DNA from: Candidatus Delongbacteria bacterium
GTDB taxonomy: Bacteria > CAIWAD01
Assembly: GCA_963663545.1 (NCBI GenBank)
Contig: OY760505.1
Span: 3,488,001 to 3,552,000 of the forward strand
DNA: 64,000 nucleotides
Direction of reading: 5' to 3'
How positions within the stretch are numbered: the first letter of the stretch is position 1; each line of letters begins with the position of its first letter. Shown here piece after piece: positions 1 to 11,300 of this stretch. The notes under the pieces were generated by a model, which saw only the letters and a program-made list of their open reading frames with translations, made no database searches and was not told where the DNA came from. Position numbers and translations under genes: made by a program.

Positions 1-121
1 CGCCGCAGCGGGGATGCAGAAGGTCGACATGCCGCGCGGATCCTGGCAACGGCTTGTGCTCGACGCATAGAATTGGCAACGTGACCATCCCCCGATTCCA
101 GGTACGGTAAATGAGGCGACA

Positions 122-1462
122 ATGAGCATTGCACAAGGGATAGGTGCACTCGCGACACTTCTGGTTCTGACGGGATGTGTTTCCACGATGCCGAGTGAAT
201 TTCTTGGGGGCGAGCAGGGCGTGCAGCAGGCTACGCGGATTGTGTTGAAGAAGGATCCGGATTCCTGCACTCGAAGCGCAGCCGATAACAGCTTTGACTT
301 GTTCTGGTTTAGCGAGCACGAACTCGTGCTGGTGAACCCACTTTCCCTGCACTTCCCTGCGGAGGATGTGTTTTTCGGGGACTCCAGACTGGAGCAGATG
401 CGCGCCGGTGATGTGCAGGTAGAGGCGTTTCCTTATCGGGTAAACCGTGACGGGGTGCTCGTTGAGAACTTGCCCTCAGAGTATGGCGTGGCGGTTCAGG
501 ATGCCTTGATCAAGCACTATCGCGAGCGCTATCAGTACGACCTGCTCGATAGCGAGGAGGAGTTAACCGCGCTGCGCACAGCATTTGTTCAGGATCTGGT
601 GTCTACGGACTCGGTGGCGTTAATGGACCTTTCGACCCGGTTTAGTCAGCCTGCTCGGCATCGCTTCGGAAAAGAGCTGACCACCGGGCAGTACGTAGTG
701 CTCTGCTGCTACGGGCAACACTCAATGCAGGCATTCTACGCGCTGGGGCTGTATTCGGGGGCCTGTGCCGGTGAGCTGCCAGCCTTGAACACGTATCTCT
801 CCTTTCAAGATGCTCGTGCGCGGATGGGCCAGCTCTGGAAGGTAACGGCAGCCAATCTGAAGCACACCGTGTTACCTGGTTCTGAATGGATCGAGACGCG
901 CGTCGATGTCAACCTCGCAGACTCCATGGCTCACCTTGCCAGGCAGATCGAATTGGACGGAGCTGGAGCTTCGGTCGTTGGCATCCGCGAAGCTTGCACC
1001 TGGAGAATGGACTCTGTACTCGTTGAGATCTACAGGACGGCTGATGAGTACACTACCGGCCTCTCCCCCCTCGCACGGGTCTGTCTACAGGAGGATCAGC
1101 TGTCGCCAGGGAACAACGGTTCGGTACTCACCTCGATCCGCCCGGATACTGGTTGTTTCCCACCCATCAGTATGCGCAGGATCAAAACCGGTGTCGTGTA
1201 TTCTGCCTACTGCAGGGGTTCTTTTCTGCCAGGATTGGAGACCAGCCCTGACGGCCGCTATCTGTTGCTGGGGGATAATCTGATCGGAGTGCATGAGAAC
1301 GCCCTGATTAGCGATCATTGCCTGGGGAGCGAATACCTCAGCTACGCAGTGTCCCCGGATTGGAGGCACTACGCCTACATCGAGGGGTCGAATCTGAATC
1401 AGAACGGCTATATCCGCAACGGGACAATCCGGATCGGCATTCTGCCCTTGACGACACCGTGA
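122..1462 (+). CDS. Hypothetical lipoprotein
   Basis: 446-aa ORF with hydrophobic N-terminus and lipobox LTGC; no recognisable catalytic motif. Confidence 0.65.
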   Translation: MSIAQGIGALATLLVLTGCVSTMPSEFLGGEQGVQQATRIVLKKDPDSCTRSAADNSFDLFWFSEHELVLVNPLSLHFPAEDVFFGDSRLEQMRAGDVQVEAFPYRVNRDGVLVENLPSEYGVAVQDALIKHYRERYQYDLLDSEEELTALRTAFVQDLVSTDSVALMDLSTRFSQPARHRFGKELTTGQYVVLCCYGQHSMQAFYALGLYSGACAGELPALNTYLSFQDARARMGQLWKVTAANLKHTVLPGSEWIETRVDVNLADSMAHLARQIELDGAGASVVGIREACTWRMDSVLVEIYRTADEYTTGLSPLARVCLQEDQLSPGNNGSVLTSIRPDTGCFPPISMRRIKTGVVYSAYCRGSFLPGLETSPDGRYLLLGDNLIGVHENALISDHCLGSEYLSYAVSPDWRHYAYIEGSNLNQNGYIRNGTIRIGILPLTTP

Positions 1463-1907
1463 CATGTGGCTGTTCTTCAGGGACGGGATCAAATCTGAGT
1501 CTGACCCCGGTCACGCACTGACGCTGTGTGTCACCACCTGTGGTCGTATCACCGTCGACTTGACCCGAAGCTCCTCTTAGTCAAGTCGTTCGACGAAGCC
1601 ACAGAGTAGTGTATGTTTCGCGTACATCACTTCGACGAGGCCACGCATCTGGAGTGTTTGATTTCGCCGCGATGGCTGGACGCGTGGCTTCGTCCATAGG
1701 GTACAATGGCTTCCTGTCGAAGAGAAGACGGAGTATCGACCTCCTATTCTTCAGCCTGACAGCAATCGAGCCAAACAGCCAGCGTTTCTAAATGCGGACA
1801 CCGCGGATGCGACTGAAGGCCGTTCCTCGGCCGGAAGTATGTAGAAGCGGTGGACGCAGTGTTGCGCTATGGTTGGGGGCTGCCGCGAGCGCATGCCGGT
1901 TAGAAGC

Positions 1908-2034
1908 GATTTCTTTGGCGGTACCTTTCTTTGGCAAGACAAAGAAAGGTACCATCGAGCCAGCATAGCGCTAGCGTACGCCCGCGCTAGCGGGAAAGAG
2001 AAGACTCGGCACCGATACCGATAGCGATACCGAT
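1908..2034 (+). repeat. REP/MITE-like element: TTTCTTTG..CAAAGAAA hairpin plus ACCGAT hexamer array
   Basis: ggtacctttctttg-gcaaga-caaagaaaggtacc palindrome, then accgataccgatagcgataccgat; related inverted copy at 51561-51760. Confidence 0.6.
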
Positions 2035-2090
2035 TGGAGGGGATTGTTACCTTGAGCGGCTTAGGAACAAGCCGCAATCCAAGGAATGAC

Positions 2091-4316
2091 ATGTCCACCC
2101 ACCACGAACCCACTGTCACCGCCGAACTCGCCCGCGAGCACGGCCTTACAGATGCAGAATACGCACGCGTTCTTGAGATCCTGGGACGCACTCCGACCTG
2201 GACTGAGCTGGGGATTTTCTCCGTCATGTGGTCCGAGCACTGCAGCTACAAGAACAGCATTGCTCAGCTCAAAACCCTGCCCCGCTCCGGCGGAAGGCTG
2301 CTGGTGGCGGCGGGTGAGGAGAACGCCGGCTTGATCGACGTGGGCGATGGTTTGGCCATCGCCTTCAAGATCGAGAGCCACAACCACCCCAGCGCGGTGG
2401 AGCCCTATCAGGGCGCGGCCACCGGCGTCGGCGGCATCATGCGCGACATTTTCACCATGGGCGCGCGCCCCATCGCCAGCTTGAACAGCCTGCGCTTTCC
2501 CGAGATCAAGCATCCGACGACGCGCTGGCTGGTGGACGGCATCGTGCGCGGCATCGGCGATTACGGCAACTGCCTGGGCATTCCCACGGTGGCGGGCGAG
2601 GTCAACTTCGATCCGTGTTACAATGGTAATCCGCTGGTCAATGCGATGACGGTCGGTGTAGTACGCGCCGATCAAACCGCCAGTGCCACAGCCGAGGGAG
2701 CGGGCAATCCGGTCTTCCTCATCGGCTCCAGCACCGGCCGCGACGGCATCCACGGCGCCACTTTTGCCAGCGAGGAGCTTTCGGAGGCCAGCGAGGAGAA
2801 GCGCAGCAGCGTGCAGGTGGGCGATCCCTTCATGGAGAAACTGCTGCTGGAGGCTTCCATCGAGCTGATCCAGAGCGGCGATCTGGTGGGCATCCAGGAC
2901 ATGGGTGCCGCAGGTATCACGTGCTCCTGCAGCGAGATGAGCGCCAAGGGCAAGGCCGGCATCCGCATCCACGTGGAGCGCATTCCCCAGCGTGAGACGG
3001 GCATGACGCCCTATGAAGTGCTGCTCAGCGAAAGCCAGGAGCGCATGCTGGTAGTGATGAAGAAGGGCCGCGAACAGACGGTGCTGGACATTTGCGCTAA
3101 GTGGGACATTCACGCTGAACAAATCGGCGAGGTTACCGACACCGGCCTCTTTGAAGTGGTTCACGAAGGAGAACTGAAGTCCAGCATTCCGGCTGAAGTG
3201 CTGGTGCTGGGCGGCGGCGCGCCCGTCTACGAGCGCGAGTGGTGCGAACCCGCGTACTACAAGGAGCTGCGTGATACACCGCTACCGCGCTACGACAAGC
3301 CTGAGCTGAATCAGGAGCTGCGCGAGTTGATGTCTCACGAGAACGTCATCAGCCGCCGCTGGATCTACCAGCAGTACGACCACATGATCGGCACGGCAAC
3401 CGAACTGCGCCCCGGTGGCGATGCGGCCGTGGTCCGTGTGAAGCACACGCGCAAGCACATTTCGTGTACTACAGACTGCAACGCGGCGCTGGTACAGCTG
3501 GACCCGCGTGAGGGCACTCGTCAGGCGGTGGCCGAGGCTGCGCGCAACATCGCCTGCACGGGCGGTCAACCGCTGGCCATCACCAACTGCCTGAACTTCG
3601 GCAATCCCTACGATCCCGAAGTCTATTGGCAGTTCCGCGAGGCCATTGCGGGCATGGGCGAGGCTTGCCGTTTCTTCGACACTCCGGTGACCGGCGGCAA
3701 CGTCAGCTTCTATAATGAGAGCCCCAAAGCGGCCATTTTCCCAACGCCTGTGATTGGCATGATCGGCCTGCAGGAAGAGGGCGACCCCGTCCCCAGCGCC
3801 TTCCGTGGCGAGGGCGAACTGATTCTGCTGCTGGGGAATCCCGGCGCCGAGCTGGGCGGAAGCCTCTACCTGCGCCGTCGTCTGGGCGAGCTGCGCGGTC
3901 GCATGCCGCAGGTCGACCTGGAACACGAGCAGCGACTGCAGAAACTGCTGGCTTTCGCCGCAGCACGCGGCCTTACTCGTAGTGCGCACGATGTCGCCGA
4001 GGGCGGACTGGCGGTTACCCTGGCCGAGTGCTGCCTGTGTGATCCCGATCTGCGTATCGGCGCACGTGTTACACTTGAGAGTCGCCTGGCGCCCGATGTG
4101 CTGCTCTTCGCCGAAACCCCCGGCCTGGTGGTCGTGAGCCTTCTGCCGGAACACGGCGAAGCCTATCACGAACTGGCGCAGGAGCTGGGTGTACCCTGTC
4201 GCGAGATCGGTGTCACCGGCGGTGACAGTCTGCAGATCGGCGAGTGGATCGACTGCGAAGTGGATGAGCTGGCCGCGAGTTGGTGGAACCGTCTGGCGGA
4301 GCTGATGGAGGGCTGA
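2091..4316 (+). CDS. purL: Phosphoribosylformylglycinamidine synthase subunit PurL
   Basis: [42 protein letters not shown] and GGNVSFYN motifs; ATG 2091 follows aagga. Confidence 0.97.
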   Translation: MSTHHEPTVTAELAREHGLTDAEYARVLEILGRTPTWTELGIFSVMWSEHCSYKNSIAQLKTLPRSGGRLLVAAGEENAGLIDVGDGLAIAFKIESHNHPSAVEPYQGAATGVGGIMRDIFTMGARPIASLNSLRFPEIKHPTTRWLVDGIVRGIGDYGNCLGIPTVAGEVNFDPCYNGNPLVNAMTVGVVRADQTASATAEGAGNPVFLIGSSTGRDGIHGATFASEELSEASEEKRSSVQVGDPFMEKLLLEASIELIQSGDLVGIQDMGAAGITCSCSEMSAKGKAGIRIHVERIPQRETGMTPYEVLLSESQERMLVVMKKGREQTVLDICAKWDIHAEQIGEVTDTGLFEVVHEGELKSSIPAEVLVLGGGAPVYEREWCEPAYYKELRDTPLPRYDKPELNQELRELMSHENVISRRWIYQQYDHMIGTATELRPGGDAAVVRVKHTRKHISCTTDCNAALVQLDPREGTRQAVAEAARNIACTGGQPLAITNCLNFGNPYDPEVYWQFREAIAGMGEACRFFDTPVTGGNVSFYNESPKAAIFPTPVIGMIGLQEEGDPVPSAFRGEGELILLLGNPGAELGGSLYLRRRLGELRGRMPQVDLEHEQRLQKLLAFAAARGLTRSAHDVAEGGLAVTLAECCLCDPDLRIGARVTLESRLAPDVLLFAETPGLVVVSLLPEHGEAYHELAQELGVPCREIGVTGGDSLQIGEWIDCEVDELAASWWNRLAELMEG

Positions 4317-4322
4317 TTCGCG

Positions 4323-7300
4323 ATGGAAGGAGGGGAACAGCAACACTTCGTTGAGCCGGAGCTGGCGAAGAAACGCGGTTTCCGTCGCGCTTTGCTTTGG
4401 ATCGCTGCCTTTCTGTTGCTGGTGCTGGTTGTTGTGCTTGGTGCCGGTTGGTGGCTGCTGCGACCACCGCAACTGACCCGGGCTGCAGAGCGCGCCCTGG
4501 CCTACATCGGTATCCCGGGCGGGTTGCGCGTCAGCGATTCCTCGCTGGATCACATTCGCCTGGAGCAGCTGCATCTTGATCGTGACACAAGCGGCTGTGA
4601 TACGGACGCCTTCTTCGAGCTGGCCTCCGTTGACGTCTATTATCACGCCACTCGCCTGCTGAGCCGCGAGATTGCGGTGGATTCCATTGTCGTCAGCAAT
4701 CCAAACCTGAGCCTTTGCTGGCAGGACAGTCTGTTGCTGCCATCCTGGATTGCTCTACCCGCGGATACCGTCGAACAGCCGGAAGAGGAGAGTTGTGAGC
4801 AGGGCCTGGGCCTGCGACGGCTTGAGGGCTGGTCGGTGAGCGTTGAACCGGCGCAGCTGATTCTGCGTGGGCTGCAACTCAGCGCTTCGGGAAGTCATCA
4901 GGGGAAGCCCTTCGCGCTGGGCACGCCTGAGCTGGACTTCAGTCTGCGCTTGCCCGGCATCGCACCCGCCGACTGGCTCGTGCTGGATCAGCGCCGTCTG
5001 CCGGTAGGATTCCTTGCCGATTTCCTGGCGCAGTGGAACGGCACGTGGCGGCAACAGGAAGAAGCGCTCACGCTGGCCTTGCCCGGTATCACGGACGCGG
5101 ACAGTCTGCAGCTGAAGATGAGGGGCAGTCTGAGTCAGCGGACCAGCGCCGATCTGTGTGTCACGGCGGATAGTCTGCGCTTCGTGGCCAGCGCCGAGCT
5201 GGGTATGGAGGAGCTGTTGATCGAGCTCCATGGTGATACACAGCAATTGCCTCGCAGCCTGAGCTGCGGTCTGAACTTGACTCTCCCGCTGACGGAAGCG
5301 CTGGCGGGCATTCGACCCGCTGGAGTACTATGCGAAGTGCAGGCGGCGCTCCCCGATTGGAATAGCGAGCTTCGTCTGGGAGCGGCGCTGGATTCTCTGG
5401 CCGTACTCGAGTGGGAGCTCACGCTGGCCCAGCCGCTGGAGGCCCTCTCCGGCTTCCTGCCCTTTTTCCTACCCCAGTACTTCAGCGAAATGCAGCCCTT
5501 TGCGGGCGATCTGAATCTGCAGGGTAGGGGACATCTGGACCCCACCACTTTCAGTGGCGCACAGCGTTTTCATTTCGGTCTGGACCTGGACGCCCTAAGC
5601 CTTCCGCGCTACGGAGTGTCGCTGGCGCAGGTGCACACGGCTGCCGATTTTGGCTGTGTGTTACAGGATACACTGCCCACGCAGATGCAGCTCGACGCCG
5701 CCTTTTCGCTGACGGATTTCGCGCTGAACACCACCGCGCTAGGCATCCATGGACTGCCACCACGCCTGCAAAGCATCGGTTGTGATACAATGTCGGTCGA
5801 GGCTCAGGCTTCACTTCCCGTTCTGGAGGACAGCCTGAGTTGCAGCTTCGACCTCAGCCTTGGCTCGCTGCTGGACGCCGACTACTTCCTCAGTCTGGGC
5901 GCGAGTCTGCCTGCTGTGAATGAACTGATCGCACTAGCTGGTGATACAATGCTGATCGCCGATCCGCTGTGCGCGCTGGATGTCTTCGCTTCACTTCCCA
6001 CGTGGATGTTTCTGGAAAGCACTCGCGTGCCCTTGGAGGGGCTGGTGGAGGGCGTTAGCGGTGCTGTGCGCCTGAGTGCTATGAGCCAGTCCGGAGGAGG
6101 CCAGTGGCAGGCGGAAGCCGCGCTGATTCCGGACGGTGTAGAATTGCGCACAAGTGAAGAAGCCGAGTGGTTGCCACTTCCCTTACACCAGCTGGGTACG
6201 AGTCTGAGTTACAGCACGGGTCAGGAGGAGTTGGCGCTCTTTCTGAAGGCGCCGCCCTTGTCTGCGATCCAGGTGCAGCTGTGTCCGCTGCCGCAGGGCG
6301 TGCAGATCGAGGCCACCAGCACCGGATTGCGGCTGCGTGAGCTGGTGGACATCGCCGAGCGCTTGCGAGTCTTCGAAATGCCGTTTGGCAGCCGCGTCGA
6401 GGGCGAACTTGGCGTTGGATTTGAACTGGTCTTGAACTCTGATTTCATGCCGGATAGCGCGAGTGTGCGTGTGACGCTGGATCACATGAACGCCGCCCAC
6501 ATGGGTTACCAGGCCAGCGACTTCTCTACGCAGGCGGGAGTGCGTTGGACCCCTTCAGGCGTGGAGTTGGGCGCGGACTGGAACCTGTCGCATGCGGGAC
6601 CCGAGGCACAACCCGCGCTCTGGTCGGGATTGCATGGGCGCTTGACGGCAGCCGCCGCGGCCGATGTGACACGCCTGCCCGAGTTGGAAGGCCTGCTCCC
6701 CGCAGCGTGGCCAGCGCCAGCTCGTGATCCAGGACGCGTTGCAAACGCGCAGGCAGAAATCGAAATGCACTCCCTTGGCTGGAACGCAGATCTGAACTGG
6801 CAGTGCGCCGACTGGCGCTTGCCGACTCAATCGACGCTTGTGTTAAACAGCCACATCTCCACAGCGGACACCTTGGTCAGCCCTTGGCCGGACGTGCACC
6901 TGGGGGGCGATCTGACGCAGCAACTACGTGTCGAGCCTATGGACGGTGATACACTGAGCCTGCATTTCGATACCGATGGCCTATTAAGCGAGGTGCGCTA
7001 CGAGGAGCTGGCGCGCCTGTCGCGCCTGCATGTGGCCTTCCACTTTGCCCAGGATCTGGTTCCCGACCCGGCGAATCCCTGGCTGGCGCTGCAATTGCAG
7101 CCTCCACCCGTAGACTGGGATCTATTGCGCTCTCTTGGCCGCGACGAACCGCGCGAGGCTCCCGAGGCTGCCCGGGGCTGGGCGCTGCGTGTGGAAGAGA
7201 TCGAGGCGATGGGAGTTGTGATACAACAGTTGGCGCTGGATTTGCGCGCTGGACAAGGACGTCTAGATTGCCCACGCTTCCAGTGCCGTCTGCTGGACGG

Positions 7301-7814
7301 CGAAGTGCGCGGCGCTTTTCGTGTAGCTGGCTGGGATCCGCCGGAGTACGGCCTTTGGTGCACCGTGACGGGTGTTGATTCGCGCCAGTTCAGTTTTGGT
7401 CGCAAGGACGAGGCTGTATCACGTAGCACGGGTCCGGTACCGCGCGCTGATCGGCTGGACGTGGTGCTTAGTCTTTCGGGCAGCGGAGCCGATCTGGATG
7501 CGCTGGATCAGATCACCGGCACCATGCGCTTTCCCGAACTTGGCCGCGAGGTGACCCTGAATCTGCTCTACGCGCTAAACCAGTACAGTCCGGATCCCAA
7601 TCTGGGACGCATCAGCCGCCTGCTCAATCTGCCGGGCTTCCGCTATTCGGTGGAGACTCTGGATTTCGACATGGCCCACGGCTTCGTGCGCCCGCAGGTG
7701 GCTCTGCGCAAGAGCTTCCTGTCACCGCTGCCCGATGTCAGCCTACCCATGAGTCCGCTGCCGCTGGGCTTTCTGGTGCGCAACTTCGCCCTAGTCGAGG
7801 AGGAAATTCAATGA
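4323..7814 (+). CDS. AsmA/YdbH-like membrane-anchored beta-rich bridge protein
   Basis: Single N-terminal TM after basic residues, 1163 aa of amphipathic beta-like sequence, directly upstream of a DUF1318-like lipoprotein. Confidence 0.55.
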   Translation: MEGGEQQHFVEPELAKKRGFRRALLWIAAFLLLVLVVVLGAGWWLLRPPQLTRAAERALAYIGIPGGLRVSDSSLDHIRLEQLHLDRDTSGCDTDAFFELASVDVYYHATRLLSREIAVDSIVVSNPNLSLCWQDSLLLPSWIALPADTVEQPEEESCEQGLGLRRLEGWSVSVEPAQLILRGLQLSASGSHQGKPFALGTPELDFSLRLPGIAPADWLVLDQRRLPVGFLADFLAQWNGTWRQQEEALTLALPGITDADSLQLKMRGSLSQRTSADLCVTADSLRFVASAELGMEELLIELHGDTQQLPRSLSCGLNLTLPLTEALAGIRPAGVLCEVQAALPDWNSELRLGAALDSLAVLEWELTLAQPLEALSGFLPFFLPQYFSEMQPFAGDLNLQGRGHLDPTTFSGAQRFHFGLDLDALSLPRYGVSLAQVHTAADFGCVLQDTLPTQMQLDAAFSLTDFALNTTALGIHGLPPRLQSIGCDTMSVEAQASLPVLEDSLSCSFDLSLGSLLDADYFLSLGASLPAVNELIALAGDTMLIADPLCALDVFASLPTWMFLESTRVPLEGLVEGVSGAVRLSAMSQSGGGQWQAEAALIPDGVELRTSEEAEWLPLPLHQLGTSLSYSTGQEELALFLKAPPLSAIQVQLCPLPQGVQIEATSTGLRLRELVDIAERLRVFEMPFGSRVEGELGVGFELVLNSDFMPDSASVRVTLDHMNAAHMGYQASDFSTQAGVRWTPSGVELGADWNLSHAGPEAQPALWSGLHGRLTAAAAADVTRLPELEGLLPAAWPAPARDPGRVANAQAEIEMHSLGWNADLNWQCADWRLPTQSTLVLNSHISTADTLVSPWPDVHLGGDLTQQLRVEPMDGDTLSLHFDTDGLLSEVRYEELARLSRLHVAFHFAQDLVPDPANPWLALQLQPPPVDWDLLRSLGRDEPREAPEAARGWALRVEEIEAMGVVIQQLALDLRAGQGRLDCPRFQCRLLDGEVRGAFRVAGWDPPEYGLWCTVTGVDSRQFSFGRKDEAVSRSTGPVPRADRLDVVLSLSGSGADLDALDQITGTMRFPELGREVTLNLLYALNQYSPDPNLGRISRLLNLPGFRYSVETLDFDMAHGFVRPQVALRKSFLSPLPDVSLPMSPLPLGFLVRNFALVEEEIQ

Positions 7815-8353
7815 AGCCCTCGCGTTCGCTGAACCTTAGTGCAGCCCTTGCGCTGTTGTCCTTATTGCTGGGCTGTTCCCTGCAGGCACCCGAACTGGTG
7901 GTTACCGGCGAACGAACCGCCCTCGAGAGACAGGTGCTGGGTTCGTATCAGCAGTTGAACGAAAACCTCTGGCTGCTGGCCAGCACGCGGCAGCAGGAAG
8001 ACAGTCTGCAACTAGGCGCGGAGCAGGGCAGTCTGCTGGAAGCGGTGCGCAGACGTAGATTCAATCGCGACGATCTGATCTCCTTGCTGGCCAGCGGATG
8101 GCTGGGGGAGGGGCTTGAGGGCCAACTGGTACTGCGCATGGGACGTGGCGGCATCGATCCACACTTGGAGCTCGTGCGTGAGCGCGTGTTACGTCAGGAG
8201 AACGAGGACCGCGGCGTGCTGCTGGATCGTCTGCGTCGCCTGAATCCCGGTGCCGAGGATGAGGTGAGCGCCGTTTTCCGCGGCATTCTGCTGGACGAAA
8301 GTCCGAATGGCAGCTGGGTGCAGCTGGATGACGGGGGATGGAAACGCAAATGA
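7811..8353 (+). CDS. DUF1318 (YdbL-like) lipoprotein
   Basis: Lipobox LLGC; TALERQVLG, GWLGEGLEG, ENEDR and GSWVQLDDGGWKRK resemble YdbL family motifs; ATGA overlaps at both ends. Confidence 0.7.
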   Translation: MKPSRSLNLSAALALLSLLLGCSLQAPELVVTGERTALERQVLGSYQQLNENLWLLASTRQQEDSLQLGAEQGSLLEAVRRRRFNRDDLISLLASGWLGEGLEGQLVLRMGRGGIDPHLELVRERVLRQENEDRGVLLDRLRRLNPGAEDEVSAVFRGILLDESPNGSWVQLDDGGWKRK

Positions 8354-11300
8354 ATCCGCGTCGTGATACAGCCTTGCTGCTTCTGCTGCTGCTGTTGTCT
8401 TCCTTGCTGGCGGCAGCTGTGGACGTGGAGCTCCAGTCCGTTGAAGTATCACAGCCCGCCGCGCCACGCCGTCTTGGAGGCCTGCAGGCAGAGCGTGATC
8501 CAGCGCTTTCGCCCGACGGGCGCATTCTGGTTTTCAGCCGCGAGCAGGAGTACAACCACGACCTGTGGGCGCTGGACCTGGACGCTCCTCCCGGCACTTC
8601 GGCCCGGCGTTTGACGCAACATGCGGCGCCCGATTACCGACCCGCTTTCAGTCCGGATGGTCGCTGGATTTACTTTGTAAGCTGTCGCAACGATGCCGCC
8701 GGCGATATCTGGCGGCTGCGCCTGCACCGCAGCATGGGTGGCAAACTGCGCGCCGGTAAACCACAGCCTGTAATCGAGCGCGTGGGAACGCAAGACAATC
8801 CAGTGCTGGACGCAAAAGGCCGCCTCTTCTGGGACGAAGAGGGCAGTGGCGGAAGACGCGTGATGGTTTCCCCCACGGAGGGGCAGATTGACGAGGTGCT
8901 CAATCGCGCCTTTCGCCCGCAGGTGGCCGACTCGGGCTTATGGCTGATTCGCGAGGGCGCACGGCGAGGCGAGTTGGGATTTCTAGCTGATAGTCTGCTG
9001 CTCATGGACGCGACCAAGCGCGATGACGGGCTGGTTTGCCCGCCGGGACAGCCTGTAGCTGGCAGCCTGGATTTTGCGCTGGGCACAGATTGCCTTTTCC
9101 TGATCGGTCCAACAGGCGATGACGCGTCCGGCGGAACCGGCCTTTGGCGATTCAGTGCGCAGAAGAAGACGCTTCGACCGCTACTCAGCGAGCAACGCGA
9201 GCCTCGACAATTGAGTGTGGCCAGCGGCAGACTGGTGGTCTGCGAAGGGCGTCGACAGAGTCGTCTGAGTCTGTGGAATGACTGGGCCGTCGTGGATCCG
9301 GCGCCAAGTGCCGCCCTGGCGCTGAGTCGCTGGGAGGAGCATCAGGCCGATTCTCTCAGCCTGCTCTTGTTGCGCAGCCTGGCTCTCGATTGGCCCGGTA
9401 CCCCGGAGGCCGCTCGTGCCCGTTGCGAGGAAGTCCGTGTTCGCATGTCACACAACGAGGACCCCGCAGAACTGGCCGGATTGTGTGCTCGTTGGCGCAC
9501 AGAGGCGACCGGGACGGAGTGGGCCGATCGGCTGCAGGGGCTGGAGATGGCTTGCCGCATGCTCGCCGCGGAAAACTATCCGGCGCGCGCCGACGCGGGC
9601 GATCGCCTGGACCGTTTTGCCCAGTATCAGTACGAACGTCGCTTGTTCAGTGTGGCGGCCGAGTGCTGGCTGGAGCTGGGGCGCGCCTGGTTGAAGCGCG
9701 GAGACAGTGGTCGTGCCTTGAACGCTCTGTTGAAGGTGGAAACCCAGTGCAGCGCAGCGCCTGAGTTGGCCGAGGCGACCTTGTTGCGAGAGATGGCCTA
9801 CGAAATGCGCGGCGAGTTCAGTGCTGCTCTGGGAACGCTGCGACTGTTGGCAGAGCGGCACAGCGATCGTCCCGATCTGCTGGAAGGCTGGGTGCATAAG
9901 GACATCGAACGCCTGCTTGTTGTTCAGGGCGAGCGCGGTGTGTTACGTGTGCGCGACCGGCTGGGAGCGTTGGCCGTGATACGCGCATTGCGCATGGCGT
10001 ATACGTTGGAACTGGCGCGTCGCGAGGCAGCTCTGCGCAGTGGGTATCGTGAAGTAGCCCTGGAGGATCTGGATCAGATCCTTAGTATCGATCCGGCGGA
10101 GCTGAATCCTTTTGAAACACGCATCTTCACGCGTGCTCTGCTGCTGCGTGCCGAGCTGCTGGCACTGGAGGGTCGCGAAACCCTGGCCTTGGCGGAGCTA
10201 AGCCAACAGGAAGAAAAGATTGGCGCTCCTGAGAGCCGCCGCGAATTGCGCACAGCGCGAGTGCAATTACGTGTGACACGCGGACAGCGTGCTTGGCAGG
10301 CAGGCGATGTGGAGTTGTCCGCGGCAGAGTACACGCGTGCTTGCGCCTTGGATCACACCAGCGTTTCCGCATGGCGTGGACGCCTGCGGGCGCTTGCTGC
10401 CAGCGGCGCGCTCGGGCCTTTGGTGGATAGTCTGCGTGTTACAGCGGAGTCTCCGGAAGCTCGCGCCATCGACTACTATGCCCTTGGATTGGCGCTATCA
10501 TGGCAGGCCGAGGAGGATTTGGCCCAGCTTCCAGAGTCGCGGCTGTGGCTACAGCGTGCAATCAACGCAGATCAGGATCTGAGCGCTGCCTATCTCACTC
10601 TTGGCTGGGACATGGCGCGTGATATCGAGCTGTTGGAAAGTCGCAAGCAAGGCTTCCGCGCTTTTCTGAGCGAACTGGGCGCACACCGTGAGCGACTGCA
10701 GAAGCTGCGTTTCGACCGCGCTGGTTTGCTGGCGGATGAGAGCGTCGATCAATTGCGCAGTAGGGCAATCGAAGTCCTCAAGCGAGGATTGATTGTATCA
10801 CAGGCGCAGGGTGACTCTTTGCTGGCCGCTGACCTGGCGCAAAACCTGGGCAACCTCTTCTTCAGCATGGGCGAGTTCGGTGCACAACGGGCTGGACAAG
10901 CCTACACGGCACGCCTGGACTATTCTACGCATTTCGACAACGAGCGCGAAGAGCTGCGCTTTCGCCAGTGCCGTGGCATCGCTCTGCATTGGGAAGGGCG
11001 TCTGGAGGCGGCCACTGTAGAACTGGATCGCGCTCTTGAACTGGCGCTTGGGCTGGGCGAAAGTGAGTTGCAGCGCAGTCTGCTGGGACGGCTGGGCCTG
11101 CTGGCTTCTGAGCAGAGCGATCCCCTTAAAGCACAGGGCTATTACGCGCGTGCTCTTGCCCTTGAGGGCAATGCCGGGCAGCGAGCCATGCTACATCGCA
11201 ATTTGGCGCTGCTTTATAGCGAATTGGGCGAGCGCGCCAAGGCCGGGGTTGAGTTGGCGCTGGCCAGGCAGGAGCTGGCCGAGGGCGAAAAAGACTGGCC

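Noticed and set aside
2061..4646. Antisense ORFs over purL
   Set aside because: Shadow ORFs of a conserved gene
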